Below are positions 10,865 to 22,885 of a stretch of 32,589 nucleotides of DNA, in pieces. This DNA is from Octopus sinensis (Eukaryota): positions 1-32,589 of the forward strand of contig NW_021832788.1 in NCBI RefSeq assembly GCF_006345805.1. The letters run 5' to 3'. Positions within the stretch are counted from its first letter, which is position 1, and each line of letters begins with the position of its first letter. Made by a program: the position numbers and the translations under genes. The notes beneath the pieces are model-generated. The model was not told the origin of the DNA and did not search any database. It saw only the letters and a program-made list of their open reading frames with translations.

Positions 10865-12630
10865 TGACTGCTGATCTGCTATATATAGGCAGTACGAGTA
10901 AGAAAAAAGAATTTAGCTGTTAGATGGATAGATTACAGGAAAGCTTGCGACGATGTTCCACACAGCTGGCTCTTGGAATGTCTGAGGACGCTTAGAATCA
11001 ATGAGAAGATAGACGGCTTTATGGAAAAAGACAATGACAGTGTGGAAAGTAGAACTGATGTGAGCAAATGAATCGCTAGGAAACGTGGAAATACTCAGGG
11101 ATATTTTCCAGGGACACTCGCTCTTTCTACTACTCTTCGTCATTGCATTAATCCCTGTGACAAATATATTGAGAAAATCCAGGTCTACCTATGAGTTTAC
11201 CAAATTCAAGGTGAAGATATATAATCTGCTTTACATGGGTGACCTCAATCTACATACAAAAAAAATGAGAAGGACCTGGATTCTTTGATCGAAACAGTAG
11301 AGGTATTCAGTCAAATTAGTGGAATAAATTTTGGAGTAAGTTTTCAGTGCTAATTATGAAGAGAGACCGGAAGATAAACTCTGATGGCATAAAATTATTA
11401 AGAGGCAACAACATTAAATCGTTGTGGAATAATGTGGGATACAAATATCTAGGAGTGCTACGAGAGGATAAGATAATGGAAGAAGAAATGAGTTAGAAAA
11501 TCTCTAAAGCGTACAAAGGAGGATTGAAAAGGTGCTCGAAACACAATCAAATGGAGGGAATACCATTAAAGCAACAAATACACGGGCTATGTCTGTATTG
11601 AGATACTCTGCTCCTATTCTAGACAAGGCCTGAGCTACAGAACCTGGGTAGAAGAACTAGAAAGCGGCTCACAATACACAACGTACACCACCCTGAAAGT
11701 AATACCAAACAGACTTAACCTATAGAGAAAGAAAGGAGGCAGAGGATTACCAAATGCAGAAGACACCGTTTGTTCTGCGATATCGGGATTAAAAAATTAT
11801 GCAGAATAAAGAAAGAATACTATCGGCAGCTAGAGGTGCCAAACAAGTGAGTGGAATATAGAAGAATGTAAAGAGAGAAGGAAGAACAATAGAACAAGCA
11901 AATGGAATTACATGGCCAATTCTTGCTTGCAACAAACCGAGAATGTTGAATGTAAAGAACGCCGGCTCTGACTGATGAACAGGAACCTGAAACGAGAGAC
12001 CGAAACGTTAATTAAAGCCGCTCAGGAACAAACCATTAGAACAAATCTGATAAAGGCAAAAATCGACATAACTCAGTTAGACAGCAAAAGTAGAATCTGC
12101 AGGAAAGGAGACGAAAGTATCAATCATATTTTGAGTGAGTGCAGTATACTATCAGAAAAAGTGTGTAAGCACAGACATGACTGTGTAGGTGAAGGAGTGT
12201 AATGGGATGTTAGTGCAGTGTGTGGTTTCAAAATAACAAAAAAGTTGTATGAACACGAACTAGAGGCTGTGATAGAAAATGAGCTTCACCATAGAAACTG
12301 ACCGTACTATTGAAGCAAGAAGACTAGACATGATTCTAGAAGACACCCACTTCGCAATTCTAGAGTGAATAAGAAAGAAATTGAGAAATATCAGGATCTA
12401 GCCAGAAAGCTGAAGAGACTGTGAAAGAGTAAGACAACAATTATACCTGAGATAATTGGTGCACTTGGCACAACACCCAAAAATGCTACGTAAAAGACTG
12501 AAATAGGACGGTACTTTTCTGTCGACCCGCAGAAAAGTACGATCCTATATTCTGCATGAAATTTAAGAAATATTCTTGAGATTTTATGAGACTTGTTTTC
12601 ACCAAACCTCAAGAATAAATTCTTGATAAT
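10864..12630 (+). mobile_element. Second, older R4/Dong-like retrotransposon, 5'-truncated and heavily decayed
   Basis: Across frameshifts: WIDYRKACDDVPHSWLLECL, DIFQGHSLFLLLFVIALIP, LLYMGDL (YMDD decayed), YKYLGVL, LKRETETLIKAAQEQTIRTN, SRICRKGDESINHILSEC, RHD, EKYQDLARKL, IIGALGTTPK. Begins directly after (TAA)n. Confidence 0.85.
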
Positions 12631-12940
12631 GAAATTAGCATGTACTTGATTCTTCTTCTTTCACATTCTCCGAATAGCACTACACCATGACATATGAGGA
12701 TAATAAGGAGAAGGAGATAGAAAAAGAGAAAAAAGGTCAAATTGTTGAGGTAACAAGGACAAGAAAAAAACAAAAACAAAAGTAAAAAACAGAAAAATGA
12801 ACCTCAGTGGACAGCAATGAAAAGTTCATGATGCGATCCCATAACGTCACTGTGGTTTCTGGAATGCTTTATATATGAAGAGAACGGCTAATGAACGAGC
12901 TAGATAACTTACAGGAACAACTTGGAGAGGACACAAGGTG

Positions 12941-13300
12941 AATAGTAGACATCTGTCGGTCTCGAGAGACCATGGATCAGCGCCCTTAGAAATTGTGTCA
13001 TCTGTTGATGGTGGTGCAGCGTTTGTTGTGGTTGTAAAGGCCCACATAGGAGTAGCAGTCACGCATTCAGCGACTGTATTTGAAGGAGCACTCTACTGGC
13101 GCTACTGGTTTTTCCTTCCGTCGAGTGCGCTTTTCTCTGGTGGCGTTTTCCTGTTTTTCTCCTCGCTTCATCCCCACTAGCAGTATTTGCCTCCAGTGTG
13201 GGCGATCATTTGCGACCTCCTTCCATCTCAGAACGTTCAGATCTATTGTCTTAATATCTCTCTTGCAGACATCCTTGAAACGAAGGTGAGGTCGAATATG
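12941..13300 (-). mobile_element. RTE-clade LINE 3' fragment
   Basis: Minus-strand RPHLRFKDVCKRDIK...NDRPHWRQ...EKRTRRKEK, a decayed C-terminal Cys/His finger (C..DCYSYVGL..H..C), and 3' end CCATGGTCTCTCGAGACCGACAGATGTCTACTA typical of RTE tails. Confidence 0.8.
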
Positions 13301-13459
13301 CAAAGAAATGAGATCTCACTATATGAAGGATACCAAAGGCCACGATTTTATTCTTACAAAATATTGTACTCACATCACAATCGTAGACACATTCTTTTCA
13401 CCTATGAGGGAAGAAGGAAGGAGAAGGATCTCATTCAGTCATGAATGACCATGGGATTA

Positions 13460-13461
<2 letters not shown>

Positions 13462-13546
<85 letters not shown>

Positions 13547-13559
13547 CTCACGCACACAT

Positions 13560-13590
<31 letters not shown>

Positions 13591-13649
13591 CATACTCACG
13601 CACACATACACACACACAAGCACACATGCACACACACACATACACACAT

Positions 13650-13681
<32 letters not shown>

Positions 13682-13682
13682 T
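13462..13682. repeat. (CA)n/(TA)n microsatellite
   Basis: Directly visible. Confidence 0.95.
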
Positions 13683-14403
13683 CATTTATATACATAAATA
13701 TATATTATACTCACATATCCCTAAAGTCAAAATCAAATTATCAATAAATTTCCTTAAAATCCCTGTTATTGTTATGATGAGATGTATCATTGTTGTTGTA
13801 TAGGTTTGTTGCTGCGTTGGTGATGGTATTTGTGTTGTTCTGGTTGTTACTATTGTTATTGTGGCTGCTGTTGTTGTTATCGTCATCGTTGTTGCTGTTG
13901 AAACATCAGATAAGATTCGTAACATCTGCTTCTAAAATGGTTTGCCTCAATATGTACACAATAATGTGATGTGCGTATGCGTGCGTATGGGTGTCCGTGC
14001 ATGCGTTTGCGTATGTGTGCCTGTGTGCGTGCGTATGTATGAGAATACAATAATGTAGATGTGTGCGTATGTATGCATATATAAATATACATACATGATT
14101 TACAGATTTGTACGCACACACACACACACATAGACGTTATAAGCCATCACTCCTGAATGGGATTTGGTGTGAGTTGTCTCGCCTGTCCATAATTTTCAGG
14201 TGTTTTAACACCCAGCGCCCACTGGCAAATACACGGGGTATATATACATTAGGTATAAATGGTCGAGAGTATTTATTGCACTAGCGTTGGTTTTATTTCA
14301 TATTTGAACACACACACACACTCACACGCGGGAGCGTATATATATATATATATAATTTATACACAAACATATATTTATACATATATTTATACATACATAC
14401 ATA

Positions 14404-14571
14404 CATCTGTTGATGGTGGTGCAGCGTCTGCTGTGGTTGTAAAGGCCCACATAAGAGTGATAGTCATGCATACAGCGACTGTATTTGAAGGAGCACTCTA
14501 CTGGCGCTACTGGTTTTTCCTTCCTTCGAGTGCACTTTTCTCTGGTGGGATTTTCCTGTTTTTCTCCTCGC
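14404..14571 (-). mobile_element. 168-bp internal RTE fragment, second copy
   Basis: Collinear and highly similar to 12999-13166; lacks the RTE 3' tail; bounded by (TACA)n and (TA)n. Confidence 0.85.
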
Positions 14572-14589
14572 ATATATACAACATGCATA

Positions 14590-15060
<471 letters not shown>

Positions 15061-15098
15061 GCCATTGAGAGAATATTTTTCGAAACATCTTATCCTAA

Positions 15099-15230
<132 letters not shown>

Positions 15231-15419
15231 CACCCGTATATGTCGAACGATGAAAAAGAGTGCGCAACACCGCATTGGTGGATACAACTTTTTTGTTTGT
15301 GAATTAAGGCTACCATTGGTTTCATGTTAAGAAAAGTAGGTAAATATCCTAGTGTTTTAACAATTTTTCAAGTCGATCACTTGGAAGAAGGTTTACACCT
15401 CAATTTTGGCAAACATAAA

Positions 15420-15473
<54 letters not shown>

Positions 15474-15474
<1 letters not shown>

Positions 15475-15762
15475 CACTTCTCCTCGATTTACGACCGAGT
15501 TCCGTTCCTACTGACAGGTCGTATGTCGGATTTATATTTTTCAGTACTATTTTCATTCAAACACAACTGATGCTTAAAAGCGATTGAGTAGATGCCTGGG
15601 TTTGAGGGTAGCCTGCGTTGCAAGATGCTGCCATTGTTATCGTACGCATAGCTGCCCAACGTCTGAAAATCGATTTATTGATTTATTTTTTATTTCCTTA
15701 TTTTTGTGGTCGTAAGTGTGGATGGTCGTAAATCGCATAGGTCGTAAGTCGAGGAGAAAGTG
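15474..15762. mobile_element. Tigger/pogo-like MITE
   Basis: TIRs GCACTTCTCCTCGATTTACGACC and GGTCGTAAGTCGAGGAGAAAGTG; TA on both sides (15472-73, 15763-64); repeated subterminal GGTCGTA motifs. Confidence 0.8.
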
Positions 15763-16009
15763 TATTTAAATTCATGTTTGCATGAATTCATAAGTCCTTA
15801 TTGTATCTTTAAAAGTACAGCACTATCCCAACGTTTTGTTCTGTTTTGAGCGCGAAAACTGAAACGAGATATTAGCGATGAAAGGCAGAGTATCCAGCTG
15901 TTATATATGTGGTAGAAAGATACACTTGACGGCTTTCTCTCCAGGGGAAGTGGAATGATGGTGAAAGAGAGAGAAAGAGAGAGAGGGAGAAAATGAGATA
16001 GACAGATAG

Positions 16010-16103
<94 letters not shown>

Positions 16104-16282
16104 TGAGCTTCGGTCTGGTGGTGTCTTGGAAATGGTAAAGATTACCACGTTCTCTCCCTCAGAAGCAAACAATGTCAAAGCACCAATCCCAGCAGTACCA
16201 CCTCATCAACTCATGACAATGGGGAGAAGTATCGACGTTATATAAGACAAATGATACACCGCTGCAGAGCAAAAAAAAGGTA

Positions 16283-16592
16283 AAACTGGCATTCTGCTGG
16301 CTATGACGACGAGGGTTCCAAGTTGATCCCATTGACGGAACAGCCTGATCGTGAAATTGACGTGCAAGAGGCTGAGCACTCCACAGATATATGTACCCTT
16401 ATCGTAGTTCTCAGGGAGATTCAACGTGATACAGAATTTGGCAAGGATGGCTCTTTGGTATACAGGTATGTTAGCTGAGTGGATTGAACCAACGTGAAAT
16501 AAAGTGTCTTGCTCAAGGACACAACACGTCGCCGGGAATTGAACTCACGACCTTACGATCGTGAGTCGAATATCCTAAGCACTAAGCCACGC
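16283..16592 (-). mobile_element. tRNA-derived SINE, family 3
   Basis: Minus strand: GCGTGGCTTAGTGCTTAG (A box), GAGTTCAATTCC (B box), GTGTCCTTGAGCAAGACACTT central domain, and a ~190-nt 3' body ending ...GGAACCCTCGTCGTC...GCCAGTTT. Confidence 0.8.
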
Positions 16593-17227
16593 AGAGAGAA
16601 AAAAAAAAAGGGAAGACCCCAGAAAATTGTCAATGGGAGAAAGCAAAAGGTATTTTAAATGATACTATGAATACCACACTCCGCAGAATAGCATGCACTT
16701 CAGGGAATTGAGAACGAGCAATGTGTCATAGAGATCTCAGCTGACCTCTAACAAAATTAATGGTGACGTGGAGGATTTGTAGCTGTTATACAGTAAATAG
16801 TGGGATGTTGATGAAGGCCAACTACATTTGAGATTTACCATATTAAAAAATATAAAACACCCAGAAATTGTTGGTTGCTTTTCCGCATGACCAACACGAA
16901 ATCTGCTCATGTGCGCCCATCTATTGCACCTGTTTTGGGTATAATGAGTGAAAGTCGAACGGAGTCGTGGGATACTCTGATCTAACAGCTCTGATGGGTC
17001 CTCACTCCTGTATGTGTGAGACAGAGTCACGTATTGAGTTTCATCCTTTAAATTACATCTTGTTTTAATTCTGTTTTTATATAATCATATATTTATTTCA
17101 TTTACAGACGTAGCCAAAAGTTTGGAACGTGAGTCTGAAAATGAGAATTTTTGTATTAAATGCCCAAAGTTATAATTTGCTCCAAGTGCCCCTACAACTA
17201 CTGAGATGACAGTCACTCTATTATTAT

Positions 17228-17270
17228 TGAGTGAGAGAGCAGTGCATGCCATCAAAGGGACACTGGGGTA
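17228..17270 (-). mobile_element. 43-bp 3'-terminal stub of the TAA-embedded element
   Basis: TGAGTGAGAGAGCAGTGCATGCCATCAAAGGGACACTGGGGTA with (TAT)n on both sides. Confidence 0.85.
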
Positions 17271-17334
17271 TTATTATTATTATTATTATTATTAGTAATA
17301 ATAATATTATCAAGAACAAAAATGAGGGGAAAAG

Positions 17335-17422
17335 AAGAAAGACAAAGTCAACCTCAGTGGAGTTTGAACTCAGAACGTGCTATGCATCTTACTGTCTTGC
17401 TAACGATTCTGCCGGCTCGCCA
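17335..17422 (-). mobile_element. SINE family 1 head fragment
   Basis: Reverse complement of GGCGAGCCGGCAGAATCGTTAGC...GAGTTCAAACTCC. Confidence 0.75.
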
Positions 17423-17441
17423 TCTCTCAGACTTTGTAATA

Positions 17442-17672
17442 TTCTTTTGTACAAGAGGCACAGGGCCTATGATAAATTTGAGGGTGGATTACATCTACTC
17501 TACTGAGTCGATTACATCTACTCCAGTGAGTAACTGGTACTTATTTAATCGACCGCGTGAGTATGAAAGGTAAAGTCGACCCCGGCAGAATTTGTACTCA
17601 GAATGTGAAGACGGATGAAATATCGCTAAGCATTTTGCCCAGTGTGCTAAAGTTTCTGCCAGCTCACTGTCT
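17442..17672 (-). mobile_element. SINE family 1 copy with a 15-bp TSD
   Basis: Full head, core and tail on the minus strand, flanked by the direct repeat TCAGACTTTGTAATA (17427-17441 and 17673-17687). Confidence 0.9.
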
Positions 17673-17994
17673 TCAGACTTTGTAATACTAGAATTTACTT
17701 TCAGTTTTTTTCATTGAGACTCTATCTTACATACACACAGACACACACGCGCGCGTATACTCATTTTACACGTGTTTCAGAAAGCCGATGATACATACAT
17801 ACTTGTATCACTCTCTCTCTCTCTCTGTAAATGTATATATATATATATATATATATTTATACTGGAATAATTATTGTGAAGCATTGTGTAGAATATATTA
17901 CATAAAGAATCGTGGGTAAGGCCAAAACAATGCAAAGTAAATGCAAAGTAAATCACAAGAAAACAAATATGTGAATTAATGTAGACTTACCTTG

Positions 17995-18035
17995 TATTGA
18001 ATATTTCGGGGTTATGGCCCCATTTTCAAGAAATA
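17995..18035 (-). ncRNA. Minimal type I hammerhead motif, U3-A8 core variant (left arm)
   Basis: Minus strand TATTTC-TTGAAAA-T-GGGG CCATAA CCCC-GAA-ATAT-T-CAATA; the first stem I pair is disrupted relative to the right arm. Confidence 0.5.
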
Positions 18036-18271
18036 GATGAATGTTGCCGATGTGCGTGTGTGTGAGCGTGTGTGGACTGGACATATGCGGAAATGTGTTG
18101 CTTCCTGTAACTCTCTTCTGTTGCTGATCTTGGGTTTATTTTGGTGTATAAGGATGGCCTCAGAGATTCTAAGGTTACCCCTGTTCTTCTGTGTTACCTT
18201 GATGTGCAACACCTTTCTGCGCATGTCCATTCTACACACGCTTACACACACGCTCATCAGTAACATTCGTC

Positions 18272-18312
18272 TATTTCTTGAAAATGGGGTCATAACTCCG
18301 AAATATTGAATA
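18272..18312 (+). ncRNA. Minimal type I hammerhead motif, U3-A8 core variant (right arm)
   Basis: TATTTC-TTGAAAA(18278-84)-T-GGGGT CATA ACTCC-GAA-ATAT(palindromic stem III)-T-GAATA. Confidence 0.6.
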
Positions 18313-18941
18313 CAAGATAAGTCTACATTAATTTCACATACATGTTTTCTTGTGATTTACCTTGCATTTACTTCACATTGTTTTGGCTTTACCTCCGATC
18401 CTTTATACAATATATATATATATATGTATATATATAAATACAATAAGAGGCTTCCAAATAGGAAAGCGTTGTGCTAGAAAGAGCAGTAGAAATCTCAAGG
18501 CCACAAAAAGGGATAAATTCACGAAAGGAATGAAAATTAAAAACGTTTACTATCTCAACTATTTCCCACACCGCAGTTTCTAACTATTTCCAGCAAAACA
18601 ATATTCGCTGAAGGCCAGTTTTCTTCAGTGGGACAGCCTTTAGATTTCAGACATACAGACCACCAGATCCACATGTAGAACTAACGGTTTGTAAATCCTA
18701 ACTTTTCAAACCACTGCGCAGACGCAGATTATACCCGGCGACAGAGAGGATGCCGGTAAAATTTTCGAACAAATTTATCAAATATATATATATATATATA
18801 TATATATTACGGGTGTTGTGAGAATAGTTGCCGTCGTCTGTAAGTCATTGCAAATGCATATACAAATGTGTATGTGTGCTTGTGTGTGTGTGAGCATGTG
18901 TGTACGCGCGCACGAGTATGCTACACATGCCTAAATAAATA

Positions 18942-18985
<44 letters not shown>

Positions 18986-19563
18986 GAGTAAGAGAGAGAG
19001 GGACAGACAAAGAGACAAAGAAATAAAGAGAGAGAGAGAGAGAGAATAGGAGAGAGAAGAGAAATGGAAAATGTGTGTGAGAGGTGAGATGATTCACGTA
19101 GTTAGCTGTACCCTGATGTCTAAATCACTGTCGTCTGCTTTTGTTTCTTGTGGCTAATCATCTGGATATAAATCTCTGAGATACACAAACTCCCTCACTC
19201 ACTCTCCTCTTCTCCCTCTCTCTCATCCTCATTCTCTCCTCACACATTACTTTTGCCTTTCACTTTCACACAAGGCACATTTCTTATATCTTCTCTCTCA
19301 CATCCTCTTCAAGTGCCTTCATCACAGTTCTATTTCTTTCTTTCTTTCCTCTTTTGTTATTTTCGTTCCTTCTCTCTATCTATCCAGCTCGACCACTTGT
19401 CATTATTTTTACCCATTCCTAATTCCGCCTGGTTTTTCTTTTACTCCAACTCTTTTCCTCTGATATTTGCTTCCTCTTTTCATTCCGAGGACCCCATAAC
19501 CCTTCTCTACTTTTTTGCCAGAAGAAAGTGGCTTGCGGTGGGTTTGGAGGTGAGTCACGTTGA

Positions 19564-19818
19564 ATGCACTCGAAAAAAAAAAACATGTGGAAAAAAAAAA
19601 AACGGGCCCTTTACGAAATATTTACCCAAGATCGGGACAGGTATGCGAATAGAACGATCGATGAAACTGATGAAGCAAAGGCTGGGCGTCTCGCGGAACA
19701 GAGGGAGAGAGACAGAAGCAGGAGACATCATGAATCGGACACTCGGAAAGCTGAACGTCTGGCGAAACAGAGAGAAAGAGACAAAAGCAGGAGACGCATG
19801 AATCGGATGATCATGTGA
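19564..19818 (+). pseudogene. STPR-like 23-aa repeat coding remnant, possibly a Helitron N-terminal region
   Basis: Two 23-aa (69-nt) repeats, ETDEAKAGRLAEQRERDRSRRHH and ESDTRKAERLAKQRERDKSRRRM; a third (ESDDH) starts after a 1-nt shift. A possible decayed Helitron 3' end lies at 20163-20190. Confidence 0.5.
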
Positions 19819-20229
19819 ATACAAATGGAATAAAACAAGTTTTGCGTAAACCGGACCACGGGTTATCGAGTCACGTGGCTTTTTCAGGTACCTTTATAAA
19901 TAGCCAAACTGGTATATAATGGGAAAATGCATTGAAAGTAAGTTACCATTTAAATCTGAATGCACACGGAATAACAGAAGTTTCACGTAAATTGAACAAT
20001 GGATTCCCAAAATACGCAGTTTTTTCGGGTACCTTGAACTATTGGTGGCCCTGCAGATTACGGGTAGTCTGGTATTATATTTTATTGGGTAGTTCTTGCG
20101 TTTCGATTCGTACGTTTGAGTGATTGGTGGTGGTGTGTTTGTTTTAAATGTCGAAATCCCTACCGAACAACGCATAGTGGACGACCCTAGGGCTAGCGGT
20201 ACAGCAAGGACACCAACAAGAGTATCCTT

Positions 20230-20259
20230 CTCCTCTTCCTCCTCATTATCATCATCACT

Positions 20260-20296
<37 letters not shown>

Positions 20297-20415
20297 CCAT
20301 TGACATTGTCGTTGACGTCGTCATAATCCTTATCTTCATCATCGTCCTCCTCCCTTCCTTGTCGTCGTCGTCATCATCATCATCGTCGACATCATCATCA
20401 TCATCATCATCATCG

Positions 20416-20455
<40 letters not shown>

Positions 20456-20456
20456 A
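20230..20456. repeat. (CAT)n-dominated trinucleotide tract
   Basis: Directly visible. Confidence 0.95.
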
Positions 20457-20580
20457 ACTATAATTGTCGCCGATTAACAATAGCAACATCAACACAAAAC
20501 CTTGAACATTAAATTTTAGTCTAACCCTAACCCTAAAACAGTTTTCTGGTCATGACTCGTTTCCCCCCAGAGCCATATTA

Positions 20581-20640
20581 TATCTTTACTTTTTACTTTT
20601 ACCAGTCATCAGAGTGCGGCCATGCTAGAGCACCGCCTTG
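20581..20640 (-). mobile_element. SINE family 2, 3' tail fragment
   Basis: Reverse complement of AAGGCGGTGCTC.AGCATGGCCGCA...ATGACTG...GTAAAAGTAAA. Confidence 0.75.
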
Positions 20641-22019
20641 GAAAAATATGGAGCGCTTCCCGAATTTGTCATCCTTGCGTAGTGGCCATGTTGATCTTCT
20701 CTGTATCGTTCCAATTTTTATATATATATATTGCTTGTCAAAAACGCGCACCGCCCCTAAAAAATAAATGCCAATCATATTTAACGTAGAAGTTGAAAAT
20801 ACTAACAACCCCAGTAGTTTACTGGTACTTTATCAATCCCTGGAAAATTGCGTCAAATCGTACATTAACTAGGAAGAAGCTGCAAGATGAATAAACTTAA
20901 AACATTAATAAACTTGCGATACGGTCATATTTTAGATACCGCACACATACATATACAAAAATACATACATACATACATACCGACATACATACAGACATAC
21001 ATACAGACATACATACAAACATACACGTGCACAGAAATAAAAAGACACAAACACATACACATACAAGCAGATATTTGCGCATGCGCATTAAGGTGTGGCC
21101 TATATATAGTTTCACCTCCCAAATACACACGCACACACAATCACGAACACACGTATATGTATGTATGGATATGTATGAGCGTATGTGTGTATATATATAT
21201 GTATTATATGTATGTGTATATGTATGCATGCATGTATACATACATACATATACATACATACAAATATATATATATACACATATATATATACATATATATA
21301 TACATATATATACATATATATATACATATATATATATATACATATATATATGTATGTATGTATGTGTGTATATATACGTCTCCAACGCACCATTCTTCGA
21401 GCTTTCCGTCATCTCCAGTCCGACCCGTCCACTTCACACCTCTTCCCTAACCGACCCCTCCCCTCTTTCAAACGAGCCCACAACCTTCGAGACCTTTTGG
21501 TCCATAGCTCCTTCCCTGACCCTACCTCCCAACCCGGCTCGTTCCCCTCCTCCCGCCCACGTTGCCGCACTTGCCCTTACCTCTCCAACACCACCCGCCT
21601 CACTAGCACCCACCATCGACCCTATCCCATCATCCACTCCTTCACCTGCACCTCCAGCAATATTATCTATTGCATCTCTTGCTCTCTCTGCAATTCCTTG
21701 TACATCGGACAAACGGGACGCCGCTTGGCTGACCGGTTCGCGGAACACCTTCGTGACATCCACCTTGCGAACGACACACCGGTCTCACGCCATTTCCGCT
21801 CCACCGGCCACTCCTTGCAACACCTATCTGTGTTCGGTTTGTCCTTACACAGAGGCCATCCGGATTCCCGTTTGCGCCGTGAACAGGAATTAATCTTCTC
21901 TCTTCGCTCTTATACGCCATTTGGTCTCAACTCTCCCCCCTCCTCATCTAACCCCCCTCTCCCCCCTCCTCACCTATCCTTTCTCCCCCCGACCCCTACT
22001 TCTTCAGTCCTTCATCCTT

Positions 22020-22280
22020 TCACCCCTACTCCCCTTCCCTTCTTCCCTCTTTCTCCCTCCCTCTTCCCCTTCCCTCTTCCCCTTCCCTCTTTCTCCCTCC
22101 CTCTTCCCCTTCCCTCTTCCCCTTCCCTCTTCCCCTTCCCTCTTTCTCCCTCCCTCTTCCCCTTCCCTCTTCCCCTTCCCTCTTCCCCTTCCCTCTTCCC
22201 CTTCCCTCTTCCCCTTCCCTCTTCCCCTTCCCTCTTTCTCCCTCCCTCTTCCCCTTCCCTCTTTCTCCCTCCCTCTCTCC
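22020..22280 (+). repeat. Pyrimidine minisatellite (CCCTTCCCTCTTC-like) inside the PLE 3' region
   Basis: Directly visible. Confidence 0.9.
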
Positions 22281-22579
22281 TCACTACACCACATGACTTT
22301 TACACACATCACATCACATATGATGTGCCATACTAATACACACACCAACTAATACATACTAATACGTACTAATACATACCAGTACATACTAATACTTACA
22401 CCAACCCTATACATACACACGTCCAGACCCCACATACGCACTTATACTCTCTCACACACCACACACACACACACACCTATACATACCAATACGTACTAAT
22501 ACATACTAATACATACTAATACATACACCAACCCCATACATACGCACGTCCAGACCAATCTTACGCACTAATACTCTCT

Positions 22580-22614
<35 letters not shown>

Positions 22615-22847
22615 ATACATACTAATACATACACCAACCCTATACATACACACATCCAGACCCCTCCCACGCACTTTTAGCTGGTCCCTCAACCCATTTA
22701 TCAACCCTATTATCTCCCCTTATTTCGCTCTCGCGTCTCATGTTTGATCTTTGACCTCTGGCCGAAATCAGATCGCCATGTTGATTCGTTAGCTACTGCA
22801 CGCATTTTTTTTCTTTCCTTCTTTCTGTGTTTTTCTCTCTCTGTGTA

Positions 22848-22885
22848 TCTTTCTGTTGAAGAGCGTAGGCTCGAAACGTTAAAGA
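22848..22885 (+). ncRNA. Minimal type I hammerhead motif, CUGUUGA core variant
   Basis: TCTTT-CTGTTGA(22853-59)-A-GAGC GTAG GCTC-GAA-ACGT(palindromic stem III)-T-AAAGA. Confidence 0.7.

Larger units (their letters stand above)
17900..18405 (-). mobile_element. 5'-truncated Penelope-like element: GIY-YIG C-terminus between inverted pseudo-LTRs
   Basis: ~200-bp inverted repeats (~17900-18100 and ~18206-18405). The spacer encodes LRISEAILIHQNKPKISNRRE on the minus strand, like the PLE endonuclease end (R.I.EAI.I....P.LN). Each arm carries a hammerhead-like motif; (TA)n lies nearby on both sides. Confidence 0.85.

Noticed and set aside
18200-18262. Antisense CTGATGAG...GAAA in the right inverted arm as a further hammerhead
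   Set aside because: Stem III and the cleavage triplet cannot be formed, and the core is not conserved in the other arm (CCGATGTG).
19528-19566. Peptide WLAVGLEVSHVEC resembles Groucho/TLE WLAVGMENSHVEV
   Set aside because: Flanking residues do not match the WD40 repeat, the match runs across a putative donor site, and a 13-residue match can arise by chance.
20521-20535. CTAACCCTAACCCTA telomere-like repeat
   Set aside because: Only about two units; insufficient for an interstitial telomere call.
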